A stretch of DNA of 64,000 bases from a virus, in IMG/VR virus record IMGVR_UViG_3300029393_000004; one strand, given 5' to 3'. Below, piece by piece: positions 19,190-29,507 of the stretch. The notes under the pieces were generated by a model. The model was not told where the DNA came from. It did no database searches and worked only from the letters and a program-made list of their open reading frames with translations. The position numbers were made by a program, and so were the translations under genes. The number at the start of each line of letters is the position of its first letter. Positions within the stretch are counted from its first letter, which is position 1.

Positions 19190-20221
19190 TTAAGCGTTAG
19201 TTACGCCAGAAGTGTCGATGACGTAGTAAGTCATAGCGCCTTCGTCTGCACCGCTCTTAGTCCACTGCAACTTGATAACAGAGTCAGCCATGCCGTTTTG
19301 AGTATGGTCAACATACATAGCAAAACCGCTTTCTGTATCTTTTACATTTTCTTCGAGCGGGTTAACTGCGCCTAAAACGCCGTCAACGCCCTTGGCATAC
19401 TTAAAGCCGTCAACGCCTGTCGGAGCAACAATTGCAAAGCCAACCCAATGGCCCATCTTGCCCTGACCATTCTGATGATTGACAACATCAGTTGCGCTAA
19501 TGGAAACCTTGACCTGATTGCCGCCATTGCTCTTAGCGACTACCGAATAACCCGAGCAGATGTCTGCGTCTTCAACAGTATTAGAAGCGTCATGCAGAAT
19601 ACCTGTATAAACGCCCGTCACGGGGGTGTCGTAAGTGGCGGCAGAATCAAAATTTCCTTTGTCTCCTTCGTCAGGTTTGGGAGCTTCTCCGCTCGCCATA
19701 GCGGTAATATCACCCAAAGCAAAGAGCTTGCCGTCTTCGTCAGGATAGCCCTTGAACGTGCAGGAGAAAATTCTTTCTTCATCCAAGTTATAGGAGTAAT
19801 CCATCTGTCCGGGAGTGGCCGCACGATAAAGAACGAAGTCGTCTTCAAGATTATCGTCAGCGTTTGCAATCGGATGCAGACGAAGTTTCTGAGCGTAATC
19901 CATCAAGGACAGACCGCAACCAGTCGGGACTTCGACATAACGCTTCGTTGTATCTTCTGCGTCTGTGAGAAGTTTTGCGCCAGGCATAATCTTGACAGCA
20001 TTCTCAAGAGTTGTTTCGGCCAAAGGAACAGTCACTTCAGCAGTACGAGCAGTGATGTACTCGTTAATTGGAGTATTACCCAGTTGATCAACGGTAACTT
20101 CATGTGTTTCTGTTGCGATAGAAACGTCAACACCGCCCTTGGTATAGCCAAGGTCTTCTTCTTTGTCACCGAAATAAACACGGCATACGCCAAGTTTTAC
20201 ATTTTTTGTATTACTTGCCAT
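19190..20221 (-). CDS. major tail protein with a C-terminal Ig-like extension (343 aa)
   Basis: N-terminal tube domain is homologous to 18023..18553. It carries a ~170-aa beta-rich C-terminal domain, like the lambda gpV C-terminus. Confidence 0.65.
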   Translation of the reverse strand: MASNTKNVKLGVCRVYFGDKEEDLGYTKGGVDVSIATETHEVTVDQLGNTPINEYITARTAEVTVPLAETTLENAVKIMPGAKLLTDAEDTTKRYVEVPTGCGLSLMDYAQKLRLHPIANADDNLEDDFVLYRAATPGQMDYSYNLDEERIFSCTFKGYPDEDGKLFALGDITAMASGEAPKPDEGDKGNFDSAATYDTPVTGVYTGILHDASNTVEDADICSGYSVVAKSNGGNQVKVSISATDVVNHQNGQGKMGHWVGFAIVAPTGVDGFKYAKGVDGVLGAVNPLEENVKDTESGFAMYVDHTQNGMADSVIKLQWTKSGADEGAMTYYVIDTSGVTNA

Positions 20222-20690
20222 TTTTCTTTCTTGTTTTTGTTGTTGAAATTGAAGGTGGTTCTACCTTTTCAGGCGGAAGTTCGTCATAGATAATTCGCAT
20301 ATTTACTGAGAACTCACGCAAATTACCGTTTGACAAAGGGAAAATCATTGGAGTGGTGATCGGTCTGCAAATGCGGACGTTCATACTGCCAACAACCTCC
20401 GACTGCTCTATGTAAAGCGCATCAGTAGCCTTTTGAAGCATCTCTTGTCCAATGCCGTGATTCGCCGCTCTTGCGATCAATCGAAAAGTCGCTTTCATAA
20501 ATCCTGGAAGCTCATAGTCGATTGTATCGCCAGAAATTGATGAACGAAGTACGATTCCCGTCGAACTTTCTGAGGGTAAGGTGTCAACGAAAATATCTTT
20601 TGCGCATTTTCCGCAACCCTTCTCTTCAAGTCGCTTTGCTAATGCCAAAAAATCAATCATTCGTCGCTCGCTTCGTTCCAAATTTTGCAC
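20211..20690 (-). CDS. hypothetical head-tail joining / tail terminator-like protein
   Basis: 159-aa ORF in connector position. Confidence 0.35.
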   Translation of the reverse strand: MQNLERSERRMIDFLALAKRLEEKGCGKCAKDIFVDTLPSESSTGIVLRSSISGDTIDYELPGFMKATFRLIARAANHGIGQEMLQKATDALYIEQSEVVGSMNVRICRPITTPMIFPLSNGNLREFSVNMRIIYDELPPEKVEPPSISTTKTRKKNGK

Positions 20691-21019
20691 GTAGCTTCTG
20701 TGTGATCGTGATCTCCTCGAATACTGAATCTCGGATGAAGACCAATGATCTTTAATCTCAGACCTCTGAATTCAATCAGGTCATCGATTTCAGCCTGTGT
20801 ATTCTTTTCTAAAATCAGCCAATAATCGGCTGTAATCTCTTGTGCGTTACCTCGTGAAGCAGAAGAGTCCGCACGTACAGAAGATTTTGTGGAGTTCTTC
20901 TTAGACTTCAAAATGGCGCAATTTTCGTTGATTCTTCGATCAACGTGCTTTTGTCCGTAGATATCCATAGCGCTCATTTTTACGATGACGCACCGTTGAT
21001 TGGGGACAAAAAGCGTCAT
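20657..21019 (-). CDS. hypothetical head-tail connector protein
   Basis: 120-aa ORF between the capsid and tail genes. Confidence 0.35.
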   Translation of the reverse strand: MTLFVPNQRCVIVKMSAMDIYGQKHVDRRINENCAILKSKKNSTKSSVRADSSASRGNAQEITADYWLILEKNTQAEIDDLIEFRGLRLKIIGLHPRFSIRGDHDHTEATCKIWNEASDE

Positions 21020-21690
21020 TTTCCCGCTCCCGAAATCCAGTTATTTGAACCGACGTGGAAGAACTTCTTTCTGCGTTCGTTGTTTCGATCTGCCAAATCT
21101 TTACGCTTAATCGCTTCAGTATTGAACGCAAGCATTATCGGGTCTTCAAACGTGACGCCGAATTCAGTTGCATCGGGTTTTTCTTCGACAATCATGTCGA
21201 TAAACGTTTGATAAGCGAAGTCTCTGTGATCAACATAGAAAGCCTTACAAGCATCCAGTTTTGAACCGTTAGCGCTTCTAATCGTCCATCTGATCTCTGT
21301 TGATTTCTGCTGTGCAAGAAGTCCGAAACCGCCATGAGCTTCAAAGAGGTGATAAACCTCAAGACTTCCGAACTTGATAGCGCTTAAGAAGGTTGCTTTA
21401 TTCGCTTCAAAGAACCTATTCTCACGCACATACAGAGCTTCTAAGAACTTTGCATTCTCGAAGGGATACAACATGTCACCTTCGCTCAACAGATCAATAG
21501 CGATCTGTTTATGTCGTTCAAATTCGATTTCCGCTTTCTTAATGACGCTCGGTGTTATCGGCATATTAGAACCACGAATGCCGAAGATGATTGCTTCTAA
21601 CGCTTTCAAAAACTGTTCGTAAATGTTCGTCTGTCTTTGGGCGTAGAGGTCTGCGTCTTTAGGAAAATAGACACCAAGAATTTTAGTCAT
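21016..21690 (-). CDS. hypothetical virion morphogenesis protein
   Basis: 224-aa ORF, coupled to its neighbours. Confidence 0.35.
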   Translation of the reverse strand: MTKILGVYFPKDADLYAQRQTNIYEQFLKALEAIIFGIRGSNMPITPSVIKKAEIEFERHKQIAIDLLSEGDMLYPFENAKFLEALYVRENRFFEANKATFLSAIKFGSLEVYHLFEAHGGFGLLAQQKSTEIRWTIRSANGSKLDACKAFYVDHRDFAYQTFIDMIVEEKPDATEFGVTFEDPIMLAFNTEAIKRKDLADRNNERRKKFFHVGSNNWISGAGK

Positions 21691-22655
21691 TAACTTCTAC
21701 CAATCTTTTTACCGCTTGCTAAGTATCTGGACAGATAACTCATAGCTTTAGAAGAAACGGCCATTTGAGCAGGAATGATGCTTGAAAACATCTGCTTGAC
21801 TTCGCCGATGGTTTCAAGAATTAAACCCTGTCTGCGCCTCTCAGCAATAGAATCAACTTCCAATACATCATTGGCTTCTGCAAGCTGTGCTTGCATCAGA
21901 GCGGTTCTAAATTTTGTCGGAAGAGCTTCAAAGTCTTCTACAGACAAGTCTTCCAGCTTCACTGAGCCGCCATAAACTCCGAAAATCTCTCCGACTTGAA
22001 CGCATCTTGGCTTGCCAGCGGCTTGAACGACATAATCTTGTTTAGTCATATCAAGCTGAACCTGACCAAAGTCAAAAGCTAATCTGCAAATTCTCTGTTT
22101 CGCTTCGAGTAATGCAGAGATTCTTTGAGACTGAGACATGGATTCCCAGTTGTTAAGTTTCGGCATATCCATAGCCATCTTTTGGGCTTGTCGATATGTC
22201 ATAAAAGAATTGACTCCGACAGTCAGCGGGTCTGCGATAGTCAATCCATAAGCATATTCGAGAGAAAAAACCGCACCTGATTTAGTCTTTGCTTTCAAGC
22301 AAATAATGCGAATATCTCTCGAAGTTTCTTCTTTTAAAGTGTTGACTTCTTCAGAAGTCTGAACGATTACCTCTGAGATAGTCTCTTCTTCAACAGGTTC
22401 CGAAGGTTCTTCTTGTTCAGGTTCGTCTGTCAAAGCCTCTTCAGGCGTTTCAGGGGTTTCAGGCTCTGTTGGTTCTTCCGTTTCTTCAGGATAGTCTTCA
22501 CCGTTCGGGACATAGACCGTCGGCTTAACTAGTTCGTTGTTTTCAGAATCAATCACACGATAAGTAACCCCAACAACATCCGCAATGGGGTTGCCAGCGT
22601 CATCGTTTAGTGCGATGTTTGATTCAACAACATTTCCTGAAATAAAAACGTTCAT
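21690..22655 (-). CDS. hypothetical head-associated protein with an N-terminal Ig-like region and an acidic PE-rich linker
   Basis: 321 aa. Contains an EETEEPTEPETPETPEE low-complexity linker. Confidence 0.4.
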   Translation of the reverse strand: MNVFISGNVVESNIALNDDAGNPIADVVGVTYRVIDSENNELVKPTVYVPNGEDYPEETEEPTEPETPETPEEALTDEPEQEEPSEPVEEETISEVIVQTSEEVNTLKEETSRDIRIICLKAKTKSGAVFSLEYAYGLTIADPLTVGVNSFMTYRQAQKMAMDMPKLNNWESMSQSQRISALLEAKQRICRLAFDFGQVQLDMTKQDYVVQAAGKPRCVQVGEIFGVYGGSVKLEDLSVEDFEALPTKFRTALMQAQLAEANDVLEVDSIAERRRQGLILETIGEVKQMFSSIIPAQMAVSSKAMSYLSRYLASGKKIGRS

Positions 22656-23158
22656 TCTTCTTTGCCCGCAATGGCGTAAATTCTTTCGATAAGTCTGCGA
22701 ATAGAGGTATCTCTGATGCCCAACGGGGTGGCAACATCTCGAAGTCCGTTAATGCCCTTTTCATCCGCAATCTTTTCCAATTCATCTCGGGTGTAGCGAA
22801 TGATGATTTCGGGGACTTCTTCTGCGGGAGGCAAGACTTCGACAATTGTCTTGCTTACAGCATCTTTGGGCTTTTCTTCGTGATGAATGAATTCAGGATG
22901 ATCGGAATCGTTTCCTGCAACAACTTCGGTCTTTACAAAGACATCACGTGTGACACGTCCGATAGGAGCGGAAATCTGAGTGTTGTCAACGATTCTTGAA
23001 ACTTCAGAGCCGTCTTCCCAAACGCAAGCCATGACTACAGAGATACGAATTGCTTCGTTGTGCTTCACGTCACGATCAGAGATTCCGTTCGTAAAGTGAA
23101 TTGTTTGCAGATAGCCCGTGTAATTACACAAGCCGTCTTGTTTAATCTTAAGTTTCAT
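22652..23158 (-). CDS. hypothetical head protein (possible decoration or connector)
   Basis: 168-aa ORF directly downstream of the major capsid protein. Confidence 0.35.
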   Translation of the reverse strand: MKLKIKQDGLCNYTGYLQTIHFTNGISDRDVKHNEAIRISVVMACVWEDGSEVSRIVDNTQISAPIGRVTRDVFVKTEVVAGNDSDHPEFIHHEEKPKDAVSKTIVEVLPPAEEVPEIIIRYTRDELEKIADEKGINGLRDVATPLGIRDTSIRRLIERIYAIAGKEE

Positions 23159-23229
23159 GGAGAATATTCAAATAAGGGCGGGAAGTTTCCCGCCCGTGTC
23201 TTGATTTAACTCAAAAAGTGAGTTGGGGC

Positions 23230-24138
23230 TTAGTTACCGCCGCCAGTTGTCGGTTTGGCGCCGATCTGAACGTTCTTCAAGCAAGCCAGAGACTTGGTGG
23301 ACTTCAGAGCAAGACCGCAGTACCACTTCAAGCGAGTACGGATAGCGTCCTTATTCTGAACAGTACCGATGTTTTCAACAACGATACCAGCGTTTTCGCC
23401 GCCATAAAGACCATGCAGACCGTCGAGTTCATTGGCGCGGAGAGCAAAAATCTGGCAAGTGCCATCATCCGCCATCGGAATGAATTCATTCATCAGAATC
23501 GGCATACCCTGATGAACAAGCATATGGTGACCGAAAGCAGGAAGCATCTGCATGACAGCGTCAGTACCAGAGGTGGCACGGAGAATCTGACGATACGCAC
23601 GAATTGTCGGACGGTTCATAACGAGAACGTCTGCACCGTTCGGGACTTTATCGAGCAGTTCGTCAAGCATTGCAAAGTTCAATGCGGAGGCCTTTCCGTC
23701 GATGGTCTGATCGGACGTAACGAGCTTGGCGATACCGTCAAACTGTTTTGCGTTAGTGGTGGAGTTACCCTGAATCAGAACCTTGGAGAATTCACGGCCC
23801 ATTCCCTTGGCTTTCTTAGCAATCTGAATTGCAAGCTGATTGTTGTGATCAGACATAGTAGCCTGAAGGAATTTATCAACGTCAACGTCGCCAATCAGAA
23901 TACGAAGTTTGGCAACGACTTCAGTGAAGGTGGAGGCAGATTCCTGAACGGTGTCGTTCGGATCAAGCCAGTCAGCACCAGCAAGAGTGTTTTCGCGGTT
24001 GTAAACGTAAGCCTTAGAGTTTACTTTTACGAAGGGAAGAATGGAGAAAAGATCATCACGATCAATAATTTCAGTAATGATGCCGGAGATAAGTGTGTTG
24101 TTAGAAAGTCTCTCGGCTTCTGCGCGAAGTAAAGGCAT
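23230..24138 (-). CDS. major capsid protein
   Basis: 302-aa ORF immediately after the scaffold gene. Standard portal-scaffold-capsid order, and strong RBS context. Confidence 0.7.
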   Translation of the reverse strand: MPLLRAEAERLSNNTLISGIITEIIDRDDLFSILPFVKVNSKAYVYNRENTLAGADWLDPNDTVQESASTFTEVVAKLRILIGDVDVDKFLQATMSDHNNQLAIQIAKKAKGMGREFSKVLIQGNSTTNAKQFDGIAKLVTSDQTIDGKASALNFAMLDELLDKVPNGADVLVMNRPTIRAYRQILRATSGTDAVMQMLPAFGHHMLVHQGMPILMNEFIPMADDGTCQIFALRANELDGLHGLYGGENAGIVVENIGTVQNKDAIRTRLKWYCGLALKSTKSLACLKNVQIGAKPTTGGGN

Positions 24139-24372
24139 TTTTTATTATTTTCCTTAAAGACTTTTTGTCTTCGTGCCTAGGTCGCTTTAGGATTTGCGAG
24201 ACAATGAAAGTTTGTTGTTGTTTTTATGCTTTCAGATTGTCTAACTCTTTGAAATTGATCGACAATCTTTGTCTGAGTAGAGCCAAGAGACCGAACGGCT
24301 CTTGGCGTATTTTTGCATCACTATACCACAAATTTGACATTTTGTCAAGTGGTATTTTAAACTAGAAAGTTT

Positions 24373-25215
24373 TTATTTTAAATTTGAAAGACCCTTGGCG
24401 ATCTGTTCAATCGCCGTCATCCCTTTCGTGTTTTCCTGAACAGATTTGGACTTGGAAGAAGAACCAGCACCGCTCTTAATCTTGGATTTCAGCAAGAAAT
24501 CTGCATCGGGGTCAGCAGAGATAATCTTTTCCATTGCAGAATCGAACGGAAGATTATTTCCGTACTGATCAACAAAAGGAGTACGGTCTTTCTGACCACG
24601 CGGTTTGTCAAAACCAACGACCTGACCATCAACCAAATCAAAATAATCGTCATAAATGACGCGAGCTTTGTTTGGCGTCAAAGTCAACTGTTCGTTGATG
24701 TACTGAGAATTTGCGAACTTTGCGCCGATGGTCAGTTCGATAATGCGTTTTTCGCTTTCAACATTCTTGGCCTTTTCGGCTTCAAGCTGTTTCTGAATCT
24801 CAGTCATTGCTTTGACGTGATCGTCGCTCATTTGTTTTTTGAGCTTTTCCCACTCACCTTTGGCTTCAAGCTCTTTCTTCTGCTTGTCTTCTTCGGCTTT
24901 CAGCATGGCAGAAAGTTTCTCAATACCACCGAGGTTTTCAACTTCTTCAAGTTTCTTTTTGAATTCGGCAATCTGAGCCTGAGCAGTCTTCAGCTCTTCT
25001 TTCTTTTTCATGATGTCTTTGAGCAGTTTGTGATCTGCTTCAGACATTCCGTGCTCACCTTCCTTCTTGTTCTGAGCGTCATCAGGTTTGGGGTCTTCTT
25101 TAGACTGTTCGGCCTGTTTGTTGTTGTCGTTATCTTCGGCTTTCTGATTTTCGGAAGAAGTGCCGTCACTGCCAGCAAAAATTTTGAATTTGGTTGTCAT
25201 TGTTTTCCTTGTCAA
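24373..25215 (-). CDS. capsid scaffolding protein
   Basis: 280 aa, highly charged, coiled-coil-like (KKLEEVENLGGIEKLSAMLKAEEDKQKKELEAKGEWEKLKKQ). Lies between the portal and capsid genes. Confidence 0.65.
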   Translation of the reverse strand: MTRKTMTTKFKIFAGSDGTSSENQKAEDNDNNKQAEQSKEDPKPDDAQNKKEGEHGMSEADHKLLKDIMKKKEELKTAQAQIAEFKKKLEEVENLGGIEKLSAMLKAEEDKQKKELEAKGEWEKLKKQMSDDHVKAMTEIQKQLEAEKAKNVESEKRIIELTIGAKFANSQYINEQLTLTPNKARVIYDDYFDLVDGQVVGFDKPRGQKDRTPFVDQYGNNLPFDSAMEKIISADPDADFLLKSKIKSGAGSSSKSKSVQENTKGMTAIEQIAKGLSNLK

Positions 25216-25232
25216 TTCTCTTTGACTTATTG

Positions 25233-26921
25233 TTATTTAGTATCTTTGGTAACTTGTCCCTGTCGTCTGTTCGCAACTGGACGCTTGTTATCGGAATTTG
25301 AACCGTCTGCACCCTTTGTTGCGTCGCCCTTACCGCTTTGTGTTTTGTAGAGTGTGTGGGTTGGGTCTCGCAAATTGTTAGAGGCGGTTCTCATAGTTGT
25401 CGGATTAGCCATCATCTCTTCGATAGAGATCGGCCACTTCTTCAACTCTTTTTCGATCTCTTCACGAACGCTCTTCTTTAACATTGGGAAGAGTTTGTCC
25501 ATAAGAGCACGCATCTGTTCGCGTCTTAAGGCGTCAGGAGCGTCAATCAGCATTAAACGAGAGGCAATATCGAACTCGTCATACAAACCACGAGTATCAA
25601 AATTGTCGGGATAAAGCACGTATCTCTTGTGCTCGTTCTTTTCCTCGTCAATCTTCTCTCCGCACCAAAGAGCCACAATTTTGACAATCTTGTTTTCGAT
25701 TACTTCAAGACTGTCTGCCTTTGCTGTAAGCAAGGCGTTAACACGCTCAAAGTCGTATGCTTTCGCAACGCCCGAGCTGTTATCTTTACTGACCGCATTG
25801 TCCTTGTTGGTTCTTTCGCTTGAAAGACCGACCGTGTGATAAATCTCAGAAACAATGCGGTTTACGACCTCAAGAATCAATTGAGCTTGCTTGGGGTCAG
25901 GTGAAATGTATTCAGGAGCACGCGAAGAACCGTCTGTCACATAAGTGAAGATTCTTTTTGTACCCATCTCAATCAACTTGTCTTGAACATCGCTGTCTGC
26001 GCCAGAAGCCGATGTCGGCATAATCAACTGAGAAAATGTCTGATCTTGAATAATTGCATCAAGGTTAGAGAGGTAGTTTGCGGTTGCTCTATCCAAGAAC
26101 GCAATATCATTGAGCATGCTCGGAGAGCCATATTCTTCGTCAGAAAGAAGATGATCGGCAAGAACGACAGGCACAATGCCCAAACCATGTTCACCTTGAT
26201 CAATCAGTTCATAAATCTTGCGGGAGTTGTTATAAGCAATAACGAACCAATCGTTTGTCGTCCAAAGACGATACTGAACACGTTCTTTCCCACTGGAAGT
26301 AAACGGGTTGTCGTCATCACGCACAACTTCTTGAATCAAAATCCAAGAAAGCTCTCCGTTCACGTCAAACGAATAATCGAGCATCTGCTGAGGTGTAACG
26401 ATATAAGCGTAAGGATGAATCTTTAAAGATTTTTCATCTGCTTTAGACAAAACACCATTCGAAACTCGTTCGTTATCAATCACAATGCCAATACGACCGT
26501 AGATGGAGGTGTTCTTAGCAATCTGCTTCGCTAAATCCTGAATATCGGAGCCGAACTTAGTTGCTTTCTTCCAGAAGTGCTTTACGCCCTCGGGAGCGTC
26601 TTCTGAGCGCTCAACATTCTGTTTAAAAAGATATTTAGTAACAAGATCAACAACTTCGCGGGAATGATTGAATCGATAGGCACGCTCCCGTCGATCTTCA
26701 AAGTCTTTTTGACCTTCTTTGATGTACTTGAAAATGTTATCGTCAAACCACTTTCTCCCGCCGTGATAAGTCGATTCAAAGAAGTCCCAACTAGTCACCA
26801 TTTCATCATACAAAGGATGACGACGGGAAATCAGATTCTTAAAGGGGTTGGCTGTAGAACTTGAATCAACCTGCGGGTCAATGTACGTAACACTGCCTGC
26901 TTTCTCAAAATTTTTCGTCAT
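25233..26921 (-). CDS. portal protein
   Basis: 562 aa, directly downstream of TerL. Confidence 0.7.
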   Translation of the reverse strand: MTKNFEKAGSVTYIDPQVDSSSTANPFKNLISRRHPLYDEMVTSWDFFESTYHGGRKWFDDNIFKYIKEGQKDFEDRRERAYRFNHSREVVDLVTKYLFKQNVERSEDAPEGVKHFWKKATKFGSDIQDLAKQIAKNTSIYGRIGIVIDNERVSNGVLSKADEKSLKIHPYAYIVTPQQMLDYSFDVNGELSWILIQEVVRDDDNPFTSSGKERVQYRLWTTNDWFVIAYNNSRKIYELIDQGEHGLGIVPVVLADHLLSDEEYGSPSMLNDIAFLDRATANYLSNLDAIIQDQTFSQLIMPTSASGADSDVQDKLIEMGTKRIFTYVTDGSSRAPEYISPDPKQAQLILEVVNRIVSEIYHTVGLSSERTNKDNAVSKDNSSGVAKAYDFERVNALLTAKADSLEVIENKIVKIVALWCGEKIDEEKNEHKRYVLYPDNFDTRGLYDEFDIASRLMLIDAPDALRREQMRALMDKLFPMLKKSVREEIEKELKKWPISIEEMMANPTTMRTASNNLRDPTHTLYKTQSGKGDATKGADGSNSDNKRPVANRRQGQVTKDTK

Positions 26922-26933
26922 TTATTCTTCTTA

Positions 26934-28178
26934 TTATCGTGAGTAACCTGCAACATTGAGTTTTCTGATCGGATATTCAATCTCAATCGCATATCCGAGT
27001 GCATCAGCAGAGTGTTCTATGTTTGCCGATTTATCGACTTCTCTTGAACCTTCGATATAAAGCGTCTGCTCAAGAGCGTTAATCAAGTGAGTACATGAAG
27101 GGTCAACGAATAGTCTGATCTTTCCTTCAGCACTCATAAGCATTCTGTTTACTGAGTTAACACGATCTGCAATCGCTGGATGCTGTCTGCGATACTTGAT
27201 ACGACTAAAACCGTGTTCCCTCAAAATATCAATATCAGTTTCACCACGTGCGTGCTGTCTTGCCCCGCCAGCGGGGTCGGGGTAAAGCGTAATTCTGTCT
27301 TGCCAGCGGTAATACTTCTGCTCAATAGCACACGCCATTTCTTCAGTATTGGAAGACACTTTGACAATCTCTCCCACCGCCCACAATTCGCCATTGGATT
27401 GAGGTTGAAGAATGACCGAAGACATCGGGTCAATATTGAAGTCCATACCAATCCAGATAGGCAATCCTGGATTAAATGGACAACTTTTGATATGTACCGC
27501 TCGTGAGAACGGGTAATACACACGACCAGCCATGTTTTCAAAAGCCGCTTCAAATTCAGCTCGATATGACTTTTCGTCCATATCCCGTTTGGCCGCTTCT
27601 AACTCGGCTTTGGGGATAAATGGGGAGGTAGATGTTGGGAATTGCCATGATTTCCAGTCAGGAGAACCTCCAGGTTGACCCAATTTATACACTTTATACA
27701 ATTGGTTGAAGGCCTTCGGACTGCCGATAAAGAGCGCCCAACCTTTCTTATCTGCTAATGTTGGTCGAAGAACTTGAGTCCAAGTCTCTTCTTTAATATC
27801 TTGGTACTCATCCAGAATCAAGCCGTGTAAGCCAACACCACGAAGTGAGTCAGCTTTATCAGCGCCCTTCAATTCAATTCTTGAGCCATTAACAAGCTCG
27901 ACCGTCATGTTGGTTTCGTTCAGACGGTAAATCCATTCTTTGGGAATAGCGTCCAATAAATCAGCCCACATGATCTGTTTAGCCATTCGATATGTAGGTG
28001 CAACGTACCAAATCTTCTGATTGGGCTTCGTGGCATGGGAAATCATCTCCATGCGTGACAAAAAGCTCTTTCCCCAGCGTCTTCCTGCCGCCACTACTCT
28101 AAATCTATGATTATCAAGATAAACTTCCATCTGTTTGGGATGTAGAGGAAGAGTAATTCTTCGTCTTTCCTTTGCCAT
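26934..28178 (-). CDS. terL: terminase large subunit
   Basis: Walker A VVAAGRRWGKSFLS and Walker B GLILDEYQD. 414 aa, next to the portal gene. Confidence 0.85.
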   Translation of the reverse strand: MAKERRRITLPLHPKQMEVYLDNHRFRVVAAGRRWGKSFLSRMEMISHATKPNQKIWYVAPTYRMAKQIMWADLLDAIPKEWIYRLNETNMTVELVNGSRIELKGADKADSLRGVGLHGLILDEYQDIKEETWTQVLRPTLADKKGWALFIGSPKAFNQLYKVYKLGQPGGSPDWKSWQFPTSTSPFIPKAELEAAKRDMDEKSYRAEFEAAFENMAGRVYYPFSRAVHIKSCPFNPGLPIWIGMDFNIDPMSSVILQPQSNGELWAVGEIVKVSSNTEEMACAIEQKYYRWQDRITLYPDPAGGARQHARGETDIDILREHGFSRIKYRRQHPAIADRVNSVNRMLMSAEGKIRLFVDPSCTHLINALEQTLYIEGSREVDKSANIEHSADALGYAIEIEYPIRKLNVAGYSR

Positions 28179-28405
28179 CAGAAGATACCTTTGAACGGGT
28201 AAGTTATCGTCTCAACAAATTCACCAAAAAGCGAACTTTCCTTCTTAACAGGACGCTGAAGATACAAAGACGCTTCGTATTCTGCTAAGAGAAGTTCTAT
28301 TCTGTCTAGCTTCTCTTGCAAGTATCTCTTTTCTTCTTGCTTAGTCAGCTCCGCTTCTCTTTTGTTCAGCTCTTCTTCTCTGACTTTCAACTCTTCTTCA
28401 GTCAT
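28178..28405 (-). CDS. hypothetical coiled-coil protein
   Basis: 75 aa, between TerS and TerL. Confidence 0.4.
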   Translation of the reverse strand: MTEEELKVREEELNKREAELTKQEEKRYLQEKLDRIELLLAEYEASLYLQRPVKKESSLFGEFVETITYPFKGIF

Positions 28406-29076
28406 TCTTCGCCTCCGATAATGTCGTCTGGAGCCTCGGTATCAATCACGCTGTTTCTTTCTGCAAACTGTTTGTTCAATTCTTCGTCGGGCAGTTCGAG
28501 AGAATCTTCTTCCTGATAATTTCTGATCTGTTCGATCTGATCGGCTGTAAGTTCAGTTAGAACAAGTTCTGGCAGTGCATCGGTGTTCTTATCGTCTTTA
28601 TCCAAGCCGAGTACAGTCCAGCGTTCTTGGCGTGTTACTGCTAAAGTTCTTGCGGCAGATTCAAGGGCTTTTAAGTTACCTGCGATAGAAGCAAACGGTT
28701 TCCCATTCTGTTTGGCGAGGGCAACTTCGGCCCACGTGAGTTTTGCCAAGCCCATCGCCATCTTGTAATGGTCTTCTTTCGTCTCACGAATGCGGGATGC
28801 AACAAGTGTTGCTTCCTGCTCTGCCATTGTCTTAGCTTTATTCATTGCAGACTTTTGTACTTCGTCTGCGTAAGCACCCTTCTTAATTCCGTGATTACTA
28901 ATGAAGTTGGAAACGACAGATTTTGGCACGCCCAACTCTTTAGCAATTTGAGCGGGTGTAAATTCGCCAGTTTCATAAAGTGCCGTTAATCTTCTTTTTT
29001 CTGTAGCGCTCAAAGATCGAGTCGAAGTTCGCTTTTTCGGCTCTTCTTTTGCTTCTAATTCTTTTTCGACTTCCAT
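28402..29076 (-). CDS. terS: terminase small subunit (HTH)
   Basis: HTH FTPAQIAKELGVPKSVVSNF, positioned upstream of TerL. Confidence 0.65.
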   Translation of the reverse strand: MEVEKELEAKEEPKKRTSTRSLSATEKRRLTALYETGEFTPAQIAKELGVPKSVVSNFISNHGIKKGAYADEVQKSAMNKAKTMAEQEATLVASRIRETKEDHYKMAMGLAKLTWAEVALAKQNGKPFASIAGNLKALESAARTLAVTRQERWTVLGLDKDDKNTDALPELVLTELTADQIEQIRNYQEEDSLELPDEELNKQFAERNSVIDTEAPDDIIGGEE

Positions 29077-29117
29077 TTTATTGTTCTTATTCTTATAGAT
29101 GTCTCTTTCTTAGCTGT

Positions 29118-29507
29118 CTAAGAAACGTTATCAATGGTGGTCAGTAATTCGTCTTCTTCTACCGAGTAAATAAACTTGTCAGCTTCTTTTTCGGTAGCTT
29201 TCTTTTCATAAATGAAATCGCAATTCACATAGCAATGTTCGCCATAAGCTGTAACGTCAATTAGTTGACATTGACTTTCTTGGTTGTGAATACGAGCGAT
29301 TTTCGTACCTTCTGGAACCTTAACTTTTTCTAAACAACCCTTGCGAATCAAATATCTGACCGAAAACGCGAGTGCATGAATAGACGGCTTCCAAGGTAAC
29401 CTTTCAGCTAATTCTTTTTTATAAGGCGCTCTTCCGTTCGCTTTCTTGAACGTCTGAATCGTCTCAATAATTATTTTTTGCTTCGGAGAAAGTTCATTGT
29501 GAAACAT
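29118..29507 (-). CDS. putative winged-helix DNA-binding protein
   Basis: 129-aa ORF. Confidence 0.35.
   Translation of the reverse strand: MFHNELSPKQKIIIETIQTFKKANGRAPYKKELAERLPWKPSIHALAFSVRYLIRKGCLEKVKVPEGTKIARIHNQESQCQLIDVTAYGEHCYVNCDFIYEKKATEKEADKFIYSVEEDELLTTIDNVS

Noticed and set aside
19448-20293. 281-aa plus-strand ORF
   Set aside because: Antisense to the tail-tube gene, Cys/Phe-rich junk composition. Shadow ORF.
23218-24132. 304-aa plus-strand ORF
   Set aside because: Exactly mirrors the major capsid gene on the opposite strand. Shadow ORF.
24817-25350. 177-aa plus-strand ORF
   Set aside because: Antisense to the scaffold gene, low-complexity FFLLF content.
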